Positions 20,433-30,735 of a stretch of 64,000 bases of DNA are shown in pieces. The first letter of the stretch is position 1; each line of letters opens with the position of its first letter. Where the stretch lies: assembly GCA_965207065.1 (NCBI GenBank), contig OZ242260.1, positions 1,504,001-1,568,000 on the forward strand, in the 5' to 3' direction. The DNA comes from a bacterium. GTDB taxonomy: Bacteria > UBA8248. The notes under the pieces were generated by a model that saw only the letters and a program-made list of their open reading frames with translations, was not told where the DNA came from and made no database searches. Position numbers and translations under genes: made by a program.

Positions 20433-20508
20433 AATGTACGACAGAGCCTGACCGTATTGCGACGAACCCTCCGAAGAAAACGCTTGCATTCTAGTGGGCG
20501 TCCATGTT
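20431..20508 (+). mobile_element. right-end remnant of a third IS1111-type element
   Basis: TACGACAGAGCCTGACC...CTTGCATTCTAGTGGGCGTCCATGT parallels TACGACTGCACCTGACC...TTGCATTTACGGGGCCGTCCACAT of copy 1. Confidence 0.55.
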
Positions 20509-20618
20509 CATAAATATACGATTGGGTGAACGCGACCTCCCATCGACAGCGACTCGTTTGCTTTTGTTGCCAAGTCAGCGCATGCCACTTAACGAGATGT
20601 ATCAGTGGGAGTGAGGAA

Positions 20619-22777
20619 ATGAACATCGCAGAACTCAAACAAATTAGCCGGACTGGACCGGTTCTCGACATAACTAATTACACAGATCATTTCATAAGGT
20701 CACTTGTTAAGTTGATCCGAAGCACGAAACGTCACGGCGTTATGTTTGAGACGGAATCGTCGACTTCCGCAGCCGCATGGCTACTGTGTATAGCGGATGC
20801 CAATGCTTTCGGAACCCTCAGCACCGACGCTCAGTTGGAATGTACATTTCCCGAGATGGCTCCAAACCAACTCCTAGGATTTCGGGGGCAGAAGGCCAAA
20901 TATGAGAGTATTGTGACTAGACTGCATCGATTATTGCGCCAGGCTAAGCCCTGGAGAGGAGGATGCCATGACCTGAAACCTCTCGTAGCGACCCAGAGGG
21001 TTCGACTCCCGCCCGGCAAAGGCGAAGCCGGCCAGCCGGAAGCGAGTCTTGCATGGCGTGCGGCAACGCCCGTCGTGAAGCGTAGACAGCAGGTGATGAA
21101 GCGGCGGGGTAAGCCTCGAAATCGGTCAATCGACGACGCCTTCATTGTTAATCGTGTGGGGGCAGCACCGGGAGCGCCGCCAATGGCGAGGCGCAACGGG
21201 TCGTCCGGGGTCGTGGGCCGGCGCAAAGTCACGGGACGGGTCGCCAGGGAACCTGGGAGATCCTGCTCTTGCCCGTGGGCAAGAACGCTGGAAAGGGGAC
21301 GGCCAGCGTGAACAATCCAGACCCCGGCCCGTCGCCGGACCTGCACGGCGGCGGGAGCGCCCCAGGGCGGACACGAACCCGGCAGGCGCCCGCGGAACCG
21401 GCTGGCCAAAACAATAAGCCGAAGGACATGCGAGGGTAGGAAGTCGTAGCGCCCTGATAGTACCGCTGAAGGCGGGGAACCGTGGCCATCGGGACCCGCT
21501 GGAGGGAAGCGGGGCGTCATCTGTACAGAACCACTGATGGGAAACGATGGAGGAAACTCTGAGTTCCACCAACACGTACACGAAACAGCAGTGGATAGCC
21601 GAACAGGCGAGGAATGCCTCGACCTGCGGACCAAGGGTGACAACCCCTTGAGCGAACCTGTCAGGTGAGGAACCGAGTGCGTCAATCGCGCACGCTCGGG
21701 TCTGCGGGGGGAGGGGCGCAGCAATGCCCCCTCCTACCCGGCCCTCAAGAAAAGCGTGTCGAGGCAGACAAAGCTTTCAGTTGGTTTCGTGCTGCAATTT
21801 CAGCTTGGCACAATACAAACTTCCGCTACCTTAATGACATGTTCGACAATGGTGGGGTTGAGCATGAGTCCGCCATGGGTGTCGCGCAACATTACCAACT
21901 CCCCACTTTTTTAGTGGACTGGACATGGAATCCTTTCGTGGCCTTGGCGTTCGCCATGTCCGATCTAAGGGATGGTGAAGAGGGCGTGGTCTTTCTTCGA
22001 GATTTTGGCGACGGAACTAACCCAACATCCGACTATAACGTTCTTTTGCCGCCGTCGTTTGCCAAGAGAGCTTGGCGTCAAAGGGCGTTCTTTTCCTGGC
22101 ATCCAGTTGCTCCTGAGGATTGGGACAATCCGGTCGTGCAGAGAATTGCAGGGGATATTCCGCGGCATAATGCAATGCCCAACAATTATTATCACATCAA
22201 ATTTCGTGCGACTGAGAGTGACATAAAATGGGCGAAACAGAGTTATGCTGGATTGATGAAGGAGGATCTGCCCGGCTTGGGTTGCTTGGCGAAATGGTGT
22301 TTAGAAGCCGCACGAAAGGGCGCGAATGGGCCTTTACATCCCAATGTTCTCTCGTTGGATGATTTCCAGAAATGGTGTAATCGTTGCAACTTGAATTTAC
22401 CTGAGTTTGTGGTGACGAATCGAGAAGTGGAAGTAACAGAGAACTTTGCTCTCATGATGGATTATATAGATGAAATGAGCGTTAGGCGTAATCCAAGTAA
22501 TGGCACAATCGGTTACTTCATTCCGAGTGTGTTAACGGCCTGTGTGGGAATGCCATGGAACAGTTGTATGAAGTATCCCGCCCGCGGACTTAAGAACCTG
22601 AATGATCCAAGAGCAGATGTTTTCTTTGACGATGATGGGCAACCCTGTATGGATCACTGGCATAAAAAGCTGAGCTATATGAAGTCGTTGGTTGACATAA
22701 GACGTATACAGAACGACGATTTTTTTCGATCAATGTTTGTAGAACGCCCGCGGGGAAAGAGGCAACAAATCGGTTAA
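20619..22777 (+). CDS. FRG-domain protein split by a group II intron (exons 20619-20933 and 21743-22777; 449 aa spliced)
   Basis: FRGQ in exon 1; AQHYQLPTFLVDWTWNPFVALAFA and QRAFF in exon 2; exons join in frame. Confidence 0.8.
20934..21742 (+). mobile_element. ORF-less group II intron (809 nt)
   Basis: TTGCG start; DV GAGGAACCGAGTGCG..CGCACGCTCGGGTCTG; DVI ending CTACCCGGC; EBS1 TAATCG (21149-21154) pairs with CGATTA (20928-20933); only a short RT stub remains. Confidence 0.85.
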
Positions 22778-23009
22778 ATGTGGACACAATGATTGTACGA
22801 CTAAAACTTTTGCTTTGTTCGGGTGAGCTACTGTCGATGGGATGGACACAGAATCTATCTTGCAAACTGGGCCCGATCATTGTTTGCAGCAAGTGGAAAG
22901 GGGTTCCAATGAGAAGAAGAGCGGAGATGAGGGATTGAGTGTCAAATGAACCACGTGCCAAAATCGCTACATGAAACCGAAAATTATTGGTGTTTGGGTC
23001 CAGGTGTGG

Positions 23010-23461
23010 ATGCGGGAAGATCGCGGCATATTTTCACATTGCTGAGGAATTCATGGAATTGGGGATAGGGCGATTGGATGCATCGTCGTTTTCCCAGATA
23101 GGGTTTTATCGTTACAGCGTCGGCGTATTTTGTCTTGGCCATGCGTTTGAATTATTGTAAAAAGGCATTATTAAAAGAAAATGTTACAGGGCATAAATTT
23201 GGAACCTTATACAAGGCAATAAACGATTCGCGAAGGAGCGAGCTTGAAGATATCATTGTTGGTGAAGGATGGTCGTCAGTGGACGAGTTCCACAAATTCC
23301 TGCTTAAAACAATTAACCCCGTGAATAGAAAGTATTTTGATGAGAGTAGTGGGTGGGATATTTGGAGTCATGATGGCATTGGAAATGTAAACCATAAGTT
23401 GTGGCCGGGCTTAGTTCAATTGTGGAAACGAGTACACGATTACGCCGCGTCTAAAATTTGA
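23010..23461 (+). pseudogene. HEPN-like protein, frameshifted
   Basis: FCLGHAFELL in one frame continues as KALL..GHKFGTLY...RKY in another. Confidence 0.5.
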
Positions 23462-23990
23462 AAAAATCCCAATCTTTCGAACTGATCCTTCGCCCGTTTT
23501 CAGACGGCGGGGGGGGGGTCAGACTGGCGGGGAATCTTTGTAGTTTGTTGATAGTATTTTGGATGTTAGTTTTTTCGAGCTTCGTTGAGGATTTGCTTAT
23601 CTGCAATACGTAATCAAAACGAAAGCGGATGAATTATAATTTGTGCGTATCCTAGCGGGCCCGTGTCGGTGTAACCGCGCAGCCGTTCGTCCAGCGGTAT
23701 ATCGGTATTGTCGTTAAACGCGGTCATGGCGCGCGAACATAAGGAAAGAACGAGTGTCCGTTCAATCGTTATTTCTAGCGCGGAATATACACCAGTGAAG
23801 AGCCCGCGCCCGCGCCGGCGAGTGGGTCGCTCATCGATTCGACCTGAAATCAAGGGGATTTTGCAGAGAAAAAATGACGCCGGAAGATACAGGAACAGGC
23901 GCTACGGAAAAAACCGATAAATCCGAAAGCCCGGGATCGAACCCTCAAAAGACTCTTTCGTTCACGCCCCTGTACCCGCCGCGCCCGGCC

Positions 23991-24956
23991 TCACTTGCCG
24001 TAGCGCAGCCTTGCCACGGCGCCCTGTTGCGCGAGTTGCCCCTGCGCGTAGCGCCCAGGCATGGTCGGCGATTGCCAGCGCCCGGCGAGCTGCATCTCGA
24101 CCAGGGAAGCCCCCGCCGTGGCCAGGCTCTGCGCGCTGCCCACCCGGAGGCTGTGCCCACTGATCCGCCCCTCCACTCCTGCGTCGCGCGCGCGATGGAT
24201 GATTATGCGGCGGATGCTCCCCTCGGTTAGACGACCTTTCCGCAAGCAGCCCGATCTGTGAACGGGCCGGAAAAGCGCCCCCTCCGAGATTGAGGCAATC
24301 TCGAGCCAGGTACTGATGCGCACGATGGTGGGTTCTCCCAGAAACTGCACGACGCCCGCACCTTCCTGGTCCGTCTTCGAGCGCCGGATGAGCACAGTCT
24401 GCTCGTCCAGGTTCACGTCGGAGACGTCCAAAGCTTCCATCTCCGACACCCGGAGCAACGCGTCGCTCGCCACAGAGATGATCGCGGCGTCGCGTAGTCC
24501 GGCCAGATCCCCGAACCTTTCGGCCAGTTCCGCGGCATGGTCCGCTTGCTCCCAGCGCACCCCGGCCACCTGACCGCGACCGCGCTCATAGGCCAAGCGC
24601 CTAAAGCCGGCCAGCACCCGCTCCGTCGCAGGTCCCACGGGCGAGTCCCGCCCCGCAAGTCTCACCCGGAAGCGAAGCGCCGCCACCGTCAGCGAGGCGG
24701 TAGCAGCCGAGCGGCCCTCCTCGTAGAGATCTCCCAGATACGCCGCCACACCGACGTCGGTTTCGGGGTGCCCCGAGCGATCAAATCCCCGCAGAGCCGC
24801 CCCGTACACCCGACGGGTGTTCTCAGACATCGAGGCCCTCGCCAAGTTTGCTGCCAGCGGAGCTTGAACCGCTTCCTTGGCCCCGGCGTCTTCGTCAAAG
24901 CGAAGTTTCGTGTCGGGCCGGATGGTGATGCTCCCGTCGCCATGATGAGAGGCCAA
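23991..24956 (-). CDS. Cre-like tyrosine recombinase/resolvase (start uncertain)
   Basis: SENTRRVY, LLRVSE, RRSKTDQEG, SGHSLRVG, GRWQSPTMPGRY. Confidence 0.88.
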   Translation of the reverse strand: MASHHGDGSITIRPDTKLRFDEDAGAKEAVQAPLAANLARASMSENTRRVYGAALRGFDRSGHPETDVGVAAYLGDLYEEGRSAATASLTVAALRFRVRLAGRDSPVGPATERVLAGFRRLAYERGRGQVAGVRWEQADHAAELAERFGDLAGLRDAAIISVASDALLRVSEMEALDVSDVNLDEQTVLIRRSKTDQEGAGVVQFLGEPTIVRISTWLEIASISEGALFRPVHRSGCLRKGRLTEGSIRRIIIHRARDAGVEGRISGHSLRVGSAQSLATAGASLVEMQLAGRWQSPTMPGRYAQGQLAQQGAVARLRYGK

Positions 24957-25103
24957 CCCCCAGGATCGGCGGCTGATTCCTTTACACGAAGCCGTTCGAG
25001 CGCCTCGTGTACTAACAAATATAGACAGTTGCGGGGAAATGCCAAGGAAAAAACGTCGTTCGACGGCACGAAGTCAGGCTCCAAGGCAATGAATTTTCTA
25101 AAG

Positions 25104-25125
25104 ATTGATAATTATCATTATCAAT
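25104..25125. promoter_or_regulatory. palindromic candidate recombinase-binding (res-like) site
   Basis: ATTGATAAT-TATC-ATTATCAAT upstream of the Cre-like gene; further GATAAT motifs at ~25254 and ~25282. Confidence 0.5.
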
Positions 25126-25309
25126 TTTTTCTACAAGCATTCTGGAGGCACGTCAAGCGTAATTCCGGGGCCTTGAAGGGGTTTTGAGGGCCGTTTCGGA
25201 CCGTATTGCGTCCTTTTGCGCAAGTTTGCGCCTCGAAACAGGGGTTCAGGAAAGATAATGGAACTACTGGCATCCCGCAATGATAATTATCGATGGATAC
25301 GCAGGAATC

Positions 25310-25430
25310 GAGACGCCCAAGACGGTCAGCGTCGTCGTCCTGGACAACTTGGTTGATGTCAGCGGTTAAACCTTCAAATTGCGGCTCAGCAACGCCTTCA
25401 GTGTACAGATTGCCGACTCATAGTCGACTG
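25310..25430 (+). pseudogene. Calx-beta domain remnant
   Basis: ETPKTVSVVVLDNLVDVSG*TFKLRLSNA. Confidence 0.55.
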
Positions 25431-25550
25431 GCACAAACGAGCCTTTAAAAGCTGTGCCATAAGGCCGACGGAGACCGAAGAGAAAAAGATATATCAGGTG
25501 ATAGCAAGGCTGGAAAAATCATTAATTCTATTTACTGAAAGGACTCGACT

Positions 25551-26300
25551 ATGAACTACACGAGAAGGCAGTTTCTGAAGAACTCAGCAACAGCCTCCGC
25601 CCTCCTCGCGACCGGGTGCGTCAGCTCCCATGGAGAAAAAGCATCCTACACCACCCAGATTCTAAAACCCCAAAACCAAAACACCGTCTTCCACTGGATC
25701 GACGTGGCCTTACAGCAGGTTCGGAACCAGCGGCTCCTCGTTCCCCGGGCGGCATACAATTACGGGCTGACCATGGCCACCGGCTTTCTCGCCGCGAATG
25801 GAATCCTACAAACTTATGATGAACCTTTCGGCATCGGCCCCGGCCCGCACGGCGCGGATCCGGAAGTTGCCTACGGCGTTGCCTTCGCAGAGTCGGCGGA
25901 AGAAGCGTTCCAGCAGCCTTTTTCGTTCGAGCGCGCCAGATTCCTGAGACGCTTTCCCGGAAGCGAGGCAAAATCCTTGGGCGTTAAGTGGGGCCGCACA
26001 GTCGCCCGCAAGGTGCTCAGGATGCGGACGAACGACGGCTCCGAACCCAGCGAAGCCAACTATTATCTAGGGCGTTACGAGCGACGTACAGACTCACTGC
26101 GGTGGCGCCCCACCGGCCCGTTTTACGGCGCGACACCGGGACCGGCGTTCGCCTCTTTCGACCGCGGCCTCTTTCCGGGCCATGGACAAATCAAGCCTTG
26201 GACGATGAGGAGTGGTTCGCAGTTTCGAGTAGGCGATTTCTACGATCCGGCGAGCCCCGAGTTTGCCGAAGAATTCGATAACATCCGGCGCATCGGGGAT
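25551..26300 (+). pseudogene. Tat-exported vanadium-haloperoxidase/PAP2-like protein, N-terminal half only
   Basis: TRRQFLK Tat motif plus lipobox-like ATGC; KPWTMRSGSQFR...SPEFAEEFDNIRRIG; catalytic C-terminus missing. Confidence 0.65.
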
Positions 26301-26328
26301 ATGCGCCATTATGTTTAATTGCACATAA

Positions 26329-27346
26329 CGGCGCGCATCTGCTGTGCGCGCGGTTGCGCCGCTTGAACGTCGACGCCTCGGCCGGCAGCGAGGAGGAGTT
26401 GGCGCGGATCGTGGCGCAGGTCCGCAGGCGCTGGCCGCGTACGCGGGTCGTGGTCCGCGGCGACTCGGGGTTTTGCCGCGAACCGTTGATGCGCTGGTGC
26501 GAGGAGAACGGCGTCGACTACGTGTTCGGCATGGCGCGTAACGCGCGGTTGGTCCGGGCGATTGGCCGGGACCTCTACCGGGCCGGGGTCGTGTGCCACC
26601 GCAGCAGTGAACCGGCGCGCCGGTATCGCGACTTCCGCTATCGCACACGCAAGAGCTGGTCCCGAACCCGGCGGGTGGTGGGCAAGGCGCAGCACCTGCC
26701 CAGGGGGGCGAACCCCCGGTTCGTAGTCACCAGCCTCCGCCCCCGGCGGGCCGACGCCAGGCGCCTCTACGAAGAACTCTACTGCGCCCGGGGAGAGATG
26801 GAGAACCGCATCAAGGAACAGCAACTCGGCCTGTTCGCCGACCGCACCAGCAGCGCCACCCTGAAGGCCAATCAGTTGCGACTCTACTTCGCCTCCTTCG
26901 CCTACGTCCTGATGCACGGATTGCGACGCCTGGGGCTGGCCGGCACGACATACGCCAGGGCCCAGTGCGCCACGCTCCGGCTGAAGCTGCTCAAGCTCGG
27001 CGCCCGCGTGAGGGTCACCGTGCGCAAGGTCCGGCTGTCAATCTCCGGAGCCTACCCCCATGCGGCGACCTTCGAAAAGGTGCTGAACAACCTGCGTACG
27101 CACCCGCCCTGGCCGGCGGCGGGGGAGAGAAGCTGAACGTACAATCGCAGCGACGCTAATCCTTGCAGGGGGAAACCTGCGCCTGCGCGTCGGCCGACAC
27201 TCCGAAAAAGCATTCGTAAGGGCCGGGGAAACGCCTCTCGGGCACCGTGCGTCATCGTATCATGCCAGCGAAGAAGGCTGCCTCCCGAATAAAGCCGTCC
27301 ACAACTTCAAATCAGGCCGATCCGCAGCCTCGGTGAAATATCCGGG
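26329..27346 (+). mobile_element. IS1380-family remnant: C-terminal transposase and right end
   Basis: HLLCARLR, VRGDSGFCRE, NPRFVVTSL, YCARGEMENRIKEQQL; end GGTGAAATATCCGGG. Confidence 0.85.
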
Positions 27347-27360
27347 CTAATCATGTCGGC

Positions 27361-27835
27361 ATGAAGATTTGCACAGAAGATATTCAGGCGGAAGTTTCGT
27401 TAGTCGAGAGGTCGGATGTCCCACGGCCTCATCCCCCCGGGTTGCCCGCAACCGCAGAGGCGTACTGGCGTTCGCTGTACGAGCGCGAGCGTGCGCGCGC
27501 GGAGGCGGCGGAGGCGCGCTGCGAGGGGTTGCGGCTCAAGGAGGTGGCTTCGCGCGCGCGGGCGGGTTCGCTGAAGTGGCATCTCGACAACAGCCGGAGG
27601 AAGCTTGCCGCGCGCGTCAAGAAGTTGAAGGAAGTCCGCCGCGCCGCGAAGCAGGACGTCCTGGCGCTCGAGGCGGAAGTGGCTCGACAGGAGAAGCTTC
27701 TCCGCAAAGCCGATGTCGAACCGGGGGAGCGCAGCCCGCTCGAGTCGCTGCGCAAGGAGATTGAGCGGTGGAAGGAGGCGCACGCCCGGCTGAAGAACCG
27801 GCTGGCCTGGGAGAAGCGGGAGACGCTCAGGCGAA
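27361..27835 (+). pseudogene. coiled-coil fragment, possibly a transposase N-terminus
   Basis: YWRSLYERERARAEAAEARCE heptad-rich stretch that breaks off into unrelated sequence. Confidence 0.3.
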
Positions 27836-28216
27836 CGTTGAAGTCGTCCGAACCCGTCAAGTCACCGACCGAGACCGCCGTCCCGTCCCGAGCGACGCAG
27901 CGCGCGCCCGCGCAATCGAACGTCTCCCCGACGAGCGTCGCGCCCCCGCCTTCAAGCAAATCGCGGGCATGGGTACTGGTGAGGAGCAGCGCGTCGGCGC
28001 GCCCGATGTGGGACGACTGGATCTTCGTCACAGAACCGCCGATCCGTCGTCTCGACGGAGTTGTCTGATGGTCTGCACCGGCGAGAAGCCAACCTGTCAT
28101 AAAAAAGTGGCGGCCATGGACATGAAGCCATACAATAGAAGGCAGATATCATAGAGGTATGGGGAAAAAGATTACCGGAAGCTGCACGAGTCGGCATCGC
28201 GAGAAGGAATCAAATC

Positions 28217-30556
28217 ATGCGGGAAAGCGCACAGAACATGACATCCAAGTCGAAGTCCGGTTTTTTCGATCTGGTAGTGGGTCGATACTTCTGGACGATA
28301 GCCGTCACATTCCTGGTGACCGCGGTTCTCGCCGCGGGAGTGCAGCACCTGATTACCGTCAATGTAGGCATCCGAAATCACTTCGATGAAGATGATCCGC
28401 ATTTGATCAAACTCGACGATTTCGAAAAGACCTACGCAGTGTCGGACAGCGTGCTCGTCATTGTCGCCCCGCCGAACGACACCGTTTTCACGCGCAAAGC
28501 ACTCGATGCGATTGAGCAACTGACGGAGGTGTTGTGGCAAACGCCTTATTCTGTCCGTGTCGATTCGATAACCAATTACCTGCACACCGAGGGAATCGAG
28601 GACACCCTGATTGTCGAGCAGCTGGTCGACGATGCGGCTTCGCTGGACGAGGTCAAACTCGCCCGCATTCGAGAGATTGCGCTCACCACACAGGAAACGG
28701 CCGGCCGTTTCGTCTCTCGCGATGGTCGTGTGGCCGGGCTGATCGTGAGCCTGGCAATTCCCGATGAGAAACGGAAACAGCGCAAAATCGAAGTGGTCGA
28801 CGGTCTCTACGGTCTCGTCAACAAACAGCGCGCGGCCAACCCCGACATCGAATATCACATCTATGGTGAACTGTTGTTGAATCGGGCGGTTCGCGAGGCG
28901 CTGAATGAAGATATGTCCTTTTTGGCGCCAATCGCGTTTGCGATGATGGTTCTGGTGGCCATTCTATTGCTGCGTTCGGTTTGGAGCGTTTGTGGAATTT
29001 TTGCGATGATAATTGCGGTGATGGCATCGAGTTTCGGTTTAACCGGCTGGTTCGGATTGAAATTCTATGCGGAAAGCGGCGCCGCGGTATTCGTTCTGAT
29101 GGCGATTGCCATCGCACACTCTGTCCACCTGATCGAAGGAATGACCGATGGAATGCTTCGTGGAATAGAACGTAAAGCCGCTGTTGTTCATTCCCTGCAA
29201 ATCAATGCCCATCCGATATTCCTCACTTCGCTCACCACCATGGTCGGTTTTCTGAGCCTGAATTTCTCGGAAATGCCCCCGTTTCGAGTGATGGGAAATA
29301 TCGTTGCGTTCGGCGCCATGTGCGCATTCGTTTACGCGGTCACGCTTTTGCCCGCATTGTTGGCGATGATGCCCATGCGGGCGCCCGCCGAAAAGAGAAA
29401 CGGAACGAAAACATTCAAGCGTTTGGGAGATTTCGTCGTTTCCAAAAGCACCTTGTTGCTTTGGGCTTTCGTCATACTCGTTCTGGTGAGCGCATATGGC
29501 GTCTCGAGAATTAAACTGAATGACAACAACAACGCCAAGCTGCTTAATGAAAGCTACGAGTTGCGCCGATCGGGGGATTTCATAAACGAGAACTTTTCCG
29601 GGCTGGATTCCTTTGAATATTCCCTGATCTCCGGGCGTGCAGGGGGAATCACCGACATTGAGTACCTGCATCGGGTGGATTCGTTCGCCAATTGGCTTCG
29701 CGAACAGCCTGAAGTTTCTCACGTCACCTCGATTGCCGATATCATGAAGCGGATTAATCAGAATCTGCACAATGACGCAAAAGGCTCCTATGCCCTGCCG
29801 GCAAACTCCGACCTTGCGGCGCAATACCTGCTTTTATACGAGTTCTCTCTACCGGTCGGCCGCGACATAAACAATCTCATCAACTTTGAGCGTTCGGCGA
29901 CCCGGATGACCGTCGTGATCGGGGGAATGTCGGTCAAAGAGCAAATCGAGCTGGACAATCGCGCTTCTGCCTGGCTGGGAAAAAATGCGCCGCAAATGCG
30001 AACCGGAGCGACCGGCGTCACCATTGTCGGCGCTTACTCGGTGATGAGAAACATCGTGAACATGTTACTCGGCACCTTCATCGCAATCTCGATCGTCTCG
30101 CTGCTGTTGATTTTTGCATTCAAAAGCCTTCGTTTGGGGCTTCTGAGCTTAATACCTAATTTCGTTCCGGCAATCATGTCCCTGGGGGCTTGGGGTTACG
30201 CCGTGGGAACCGTGAATATTGCGGCGTCAATCGTTACCGCGATAGCGTTTGCCATCGTTGTGGACGATACCATCCATCTCCTGTCCAAATACCTAAAATC
30301 ACGCGCAGAGGGCAAATCACCTTCCGAAGCTATCGCGCCGACTTTCGAACTCGTTGGAAAACCACTACTAAGCACAACCTTGATTTTTGCGGTGGCGTTT
30401 TTCGTCTTTGGCGCATCGGGGCTAGTGACCAATCAGACGCTCGGGTTGCTGGTCGGAATGACGGTCATCATTGCGCTCGTTGCGGACCTCTTTTTACTAC
30501 CGCCGCTTCTGCTGGCGCTCGACAGGACGAAACACGGGCAAGCGCTCGGCGACTAG
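28217..30556 (+). CDS. MMPL/RND-family lipid transporter (779 aa)
   Basis: Two TM bundles; PIFLTSLTTMVGFLSL, AIVVDDTIHLL, ADLFLLPPLL. Confidence 0.9.
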   Translation: MRESAQNMTSKSKSGFFDLVVGRYFWTIAVTFLVTAVLAAGVQHLITVNVGIRNHFDEDDPHLIKLDDFEKTYAVSDSVLVIVAPPNDTVFTRKALDAIEQLTEVLWQTPYSVRVDSITNYLHTEGIEDTLIVEQLVDDAASLDEVKLARIREIALTTQETAGRFVSRDGRVAGLIVSLAIPDEKRKQRKIEVVDGLYGLVNKQRAANPDIEYHIYGELLLNRAVREALNEDMSFLAPIAFAMMVLVAILLLRSVWSVCGIFAMIIAVMASSFGLTGWFGLKFYAESGAAVFVLMAIAIAHSVHLIEGMTDGMLRGIERKAAVVHSLQINAHPIFLTSLTTMVGFLSLNFSEMPPFRVMGNIVAFGAMCAFVYAVTLLPALLAMMPMRAPAEKRNGTKTFKRLGDFVVSKSTLLLWAFVILVLVSAYGVSRIKLNDNNNAKLLNESYELRRSGDFINENFSGLDSFEYSLISGRAGGITDIEYLHRVDSFANWLREQPEVSHVTSIADIMKRINQNLHNDAKGSYALPANSDLAAQYLLLYEFSLPVGRDINNLINFERSATRMTVVIGGMSVKEQIELDNRASAWLGKNAPQMRTGATGVTIVGAYSVMRNIVNMLLGTFIAISIVSLLLIFAFKSLRLGLLSLIPNFVPAIMSLGAWGYAVGTVNIAASIVTAIAFAIVVDDTIHLLSKYLKSRAEGKSPSEAIAPTFELVGKPLLSTTLIFAVAFFVFGASGLVTNQTLGLLVGMTVIIALVADLFLLPPLLLALDRTKHGQALGD

Positions 30557-30735
30557 CTTCCGGGACGTTTCGTGATGGCGTAGGTCGAAGGCATGAGGCC
30601 GTCGAAGCGCCGATCAGGCCGGGGTAGTTCCGCCGGTGTCTCGCGAGCAAACTTCCGCCCGTCCGCGTCCACGTTTGCGGCATGCCTTCATTCTCGATAG
30701 CGTCCGTATTGCCGGTCAGGCCTGCAGGAGCACCT

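Noticed and set aside
6482-21742. The two group II intron pieces being halves of one intron
   Set aside because: The second has its own 5' end, EBS1 and a different RT stub; the sequences differ
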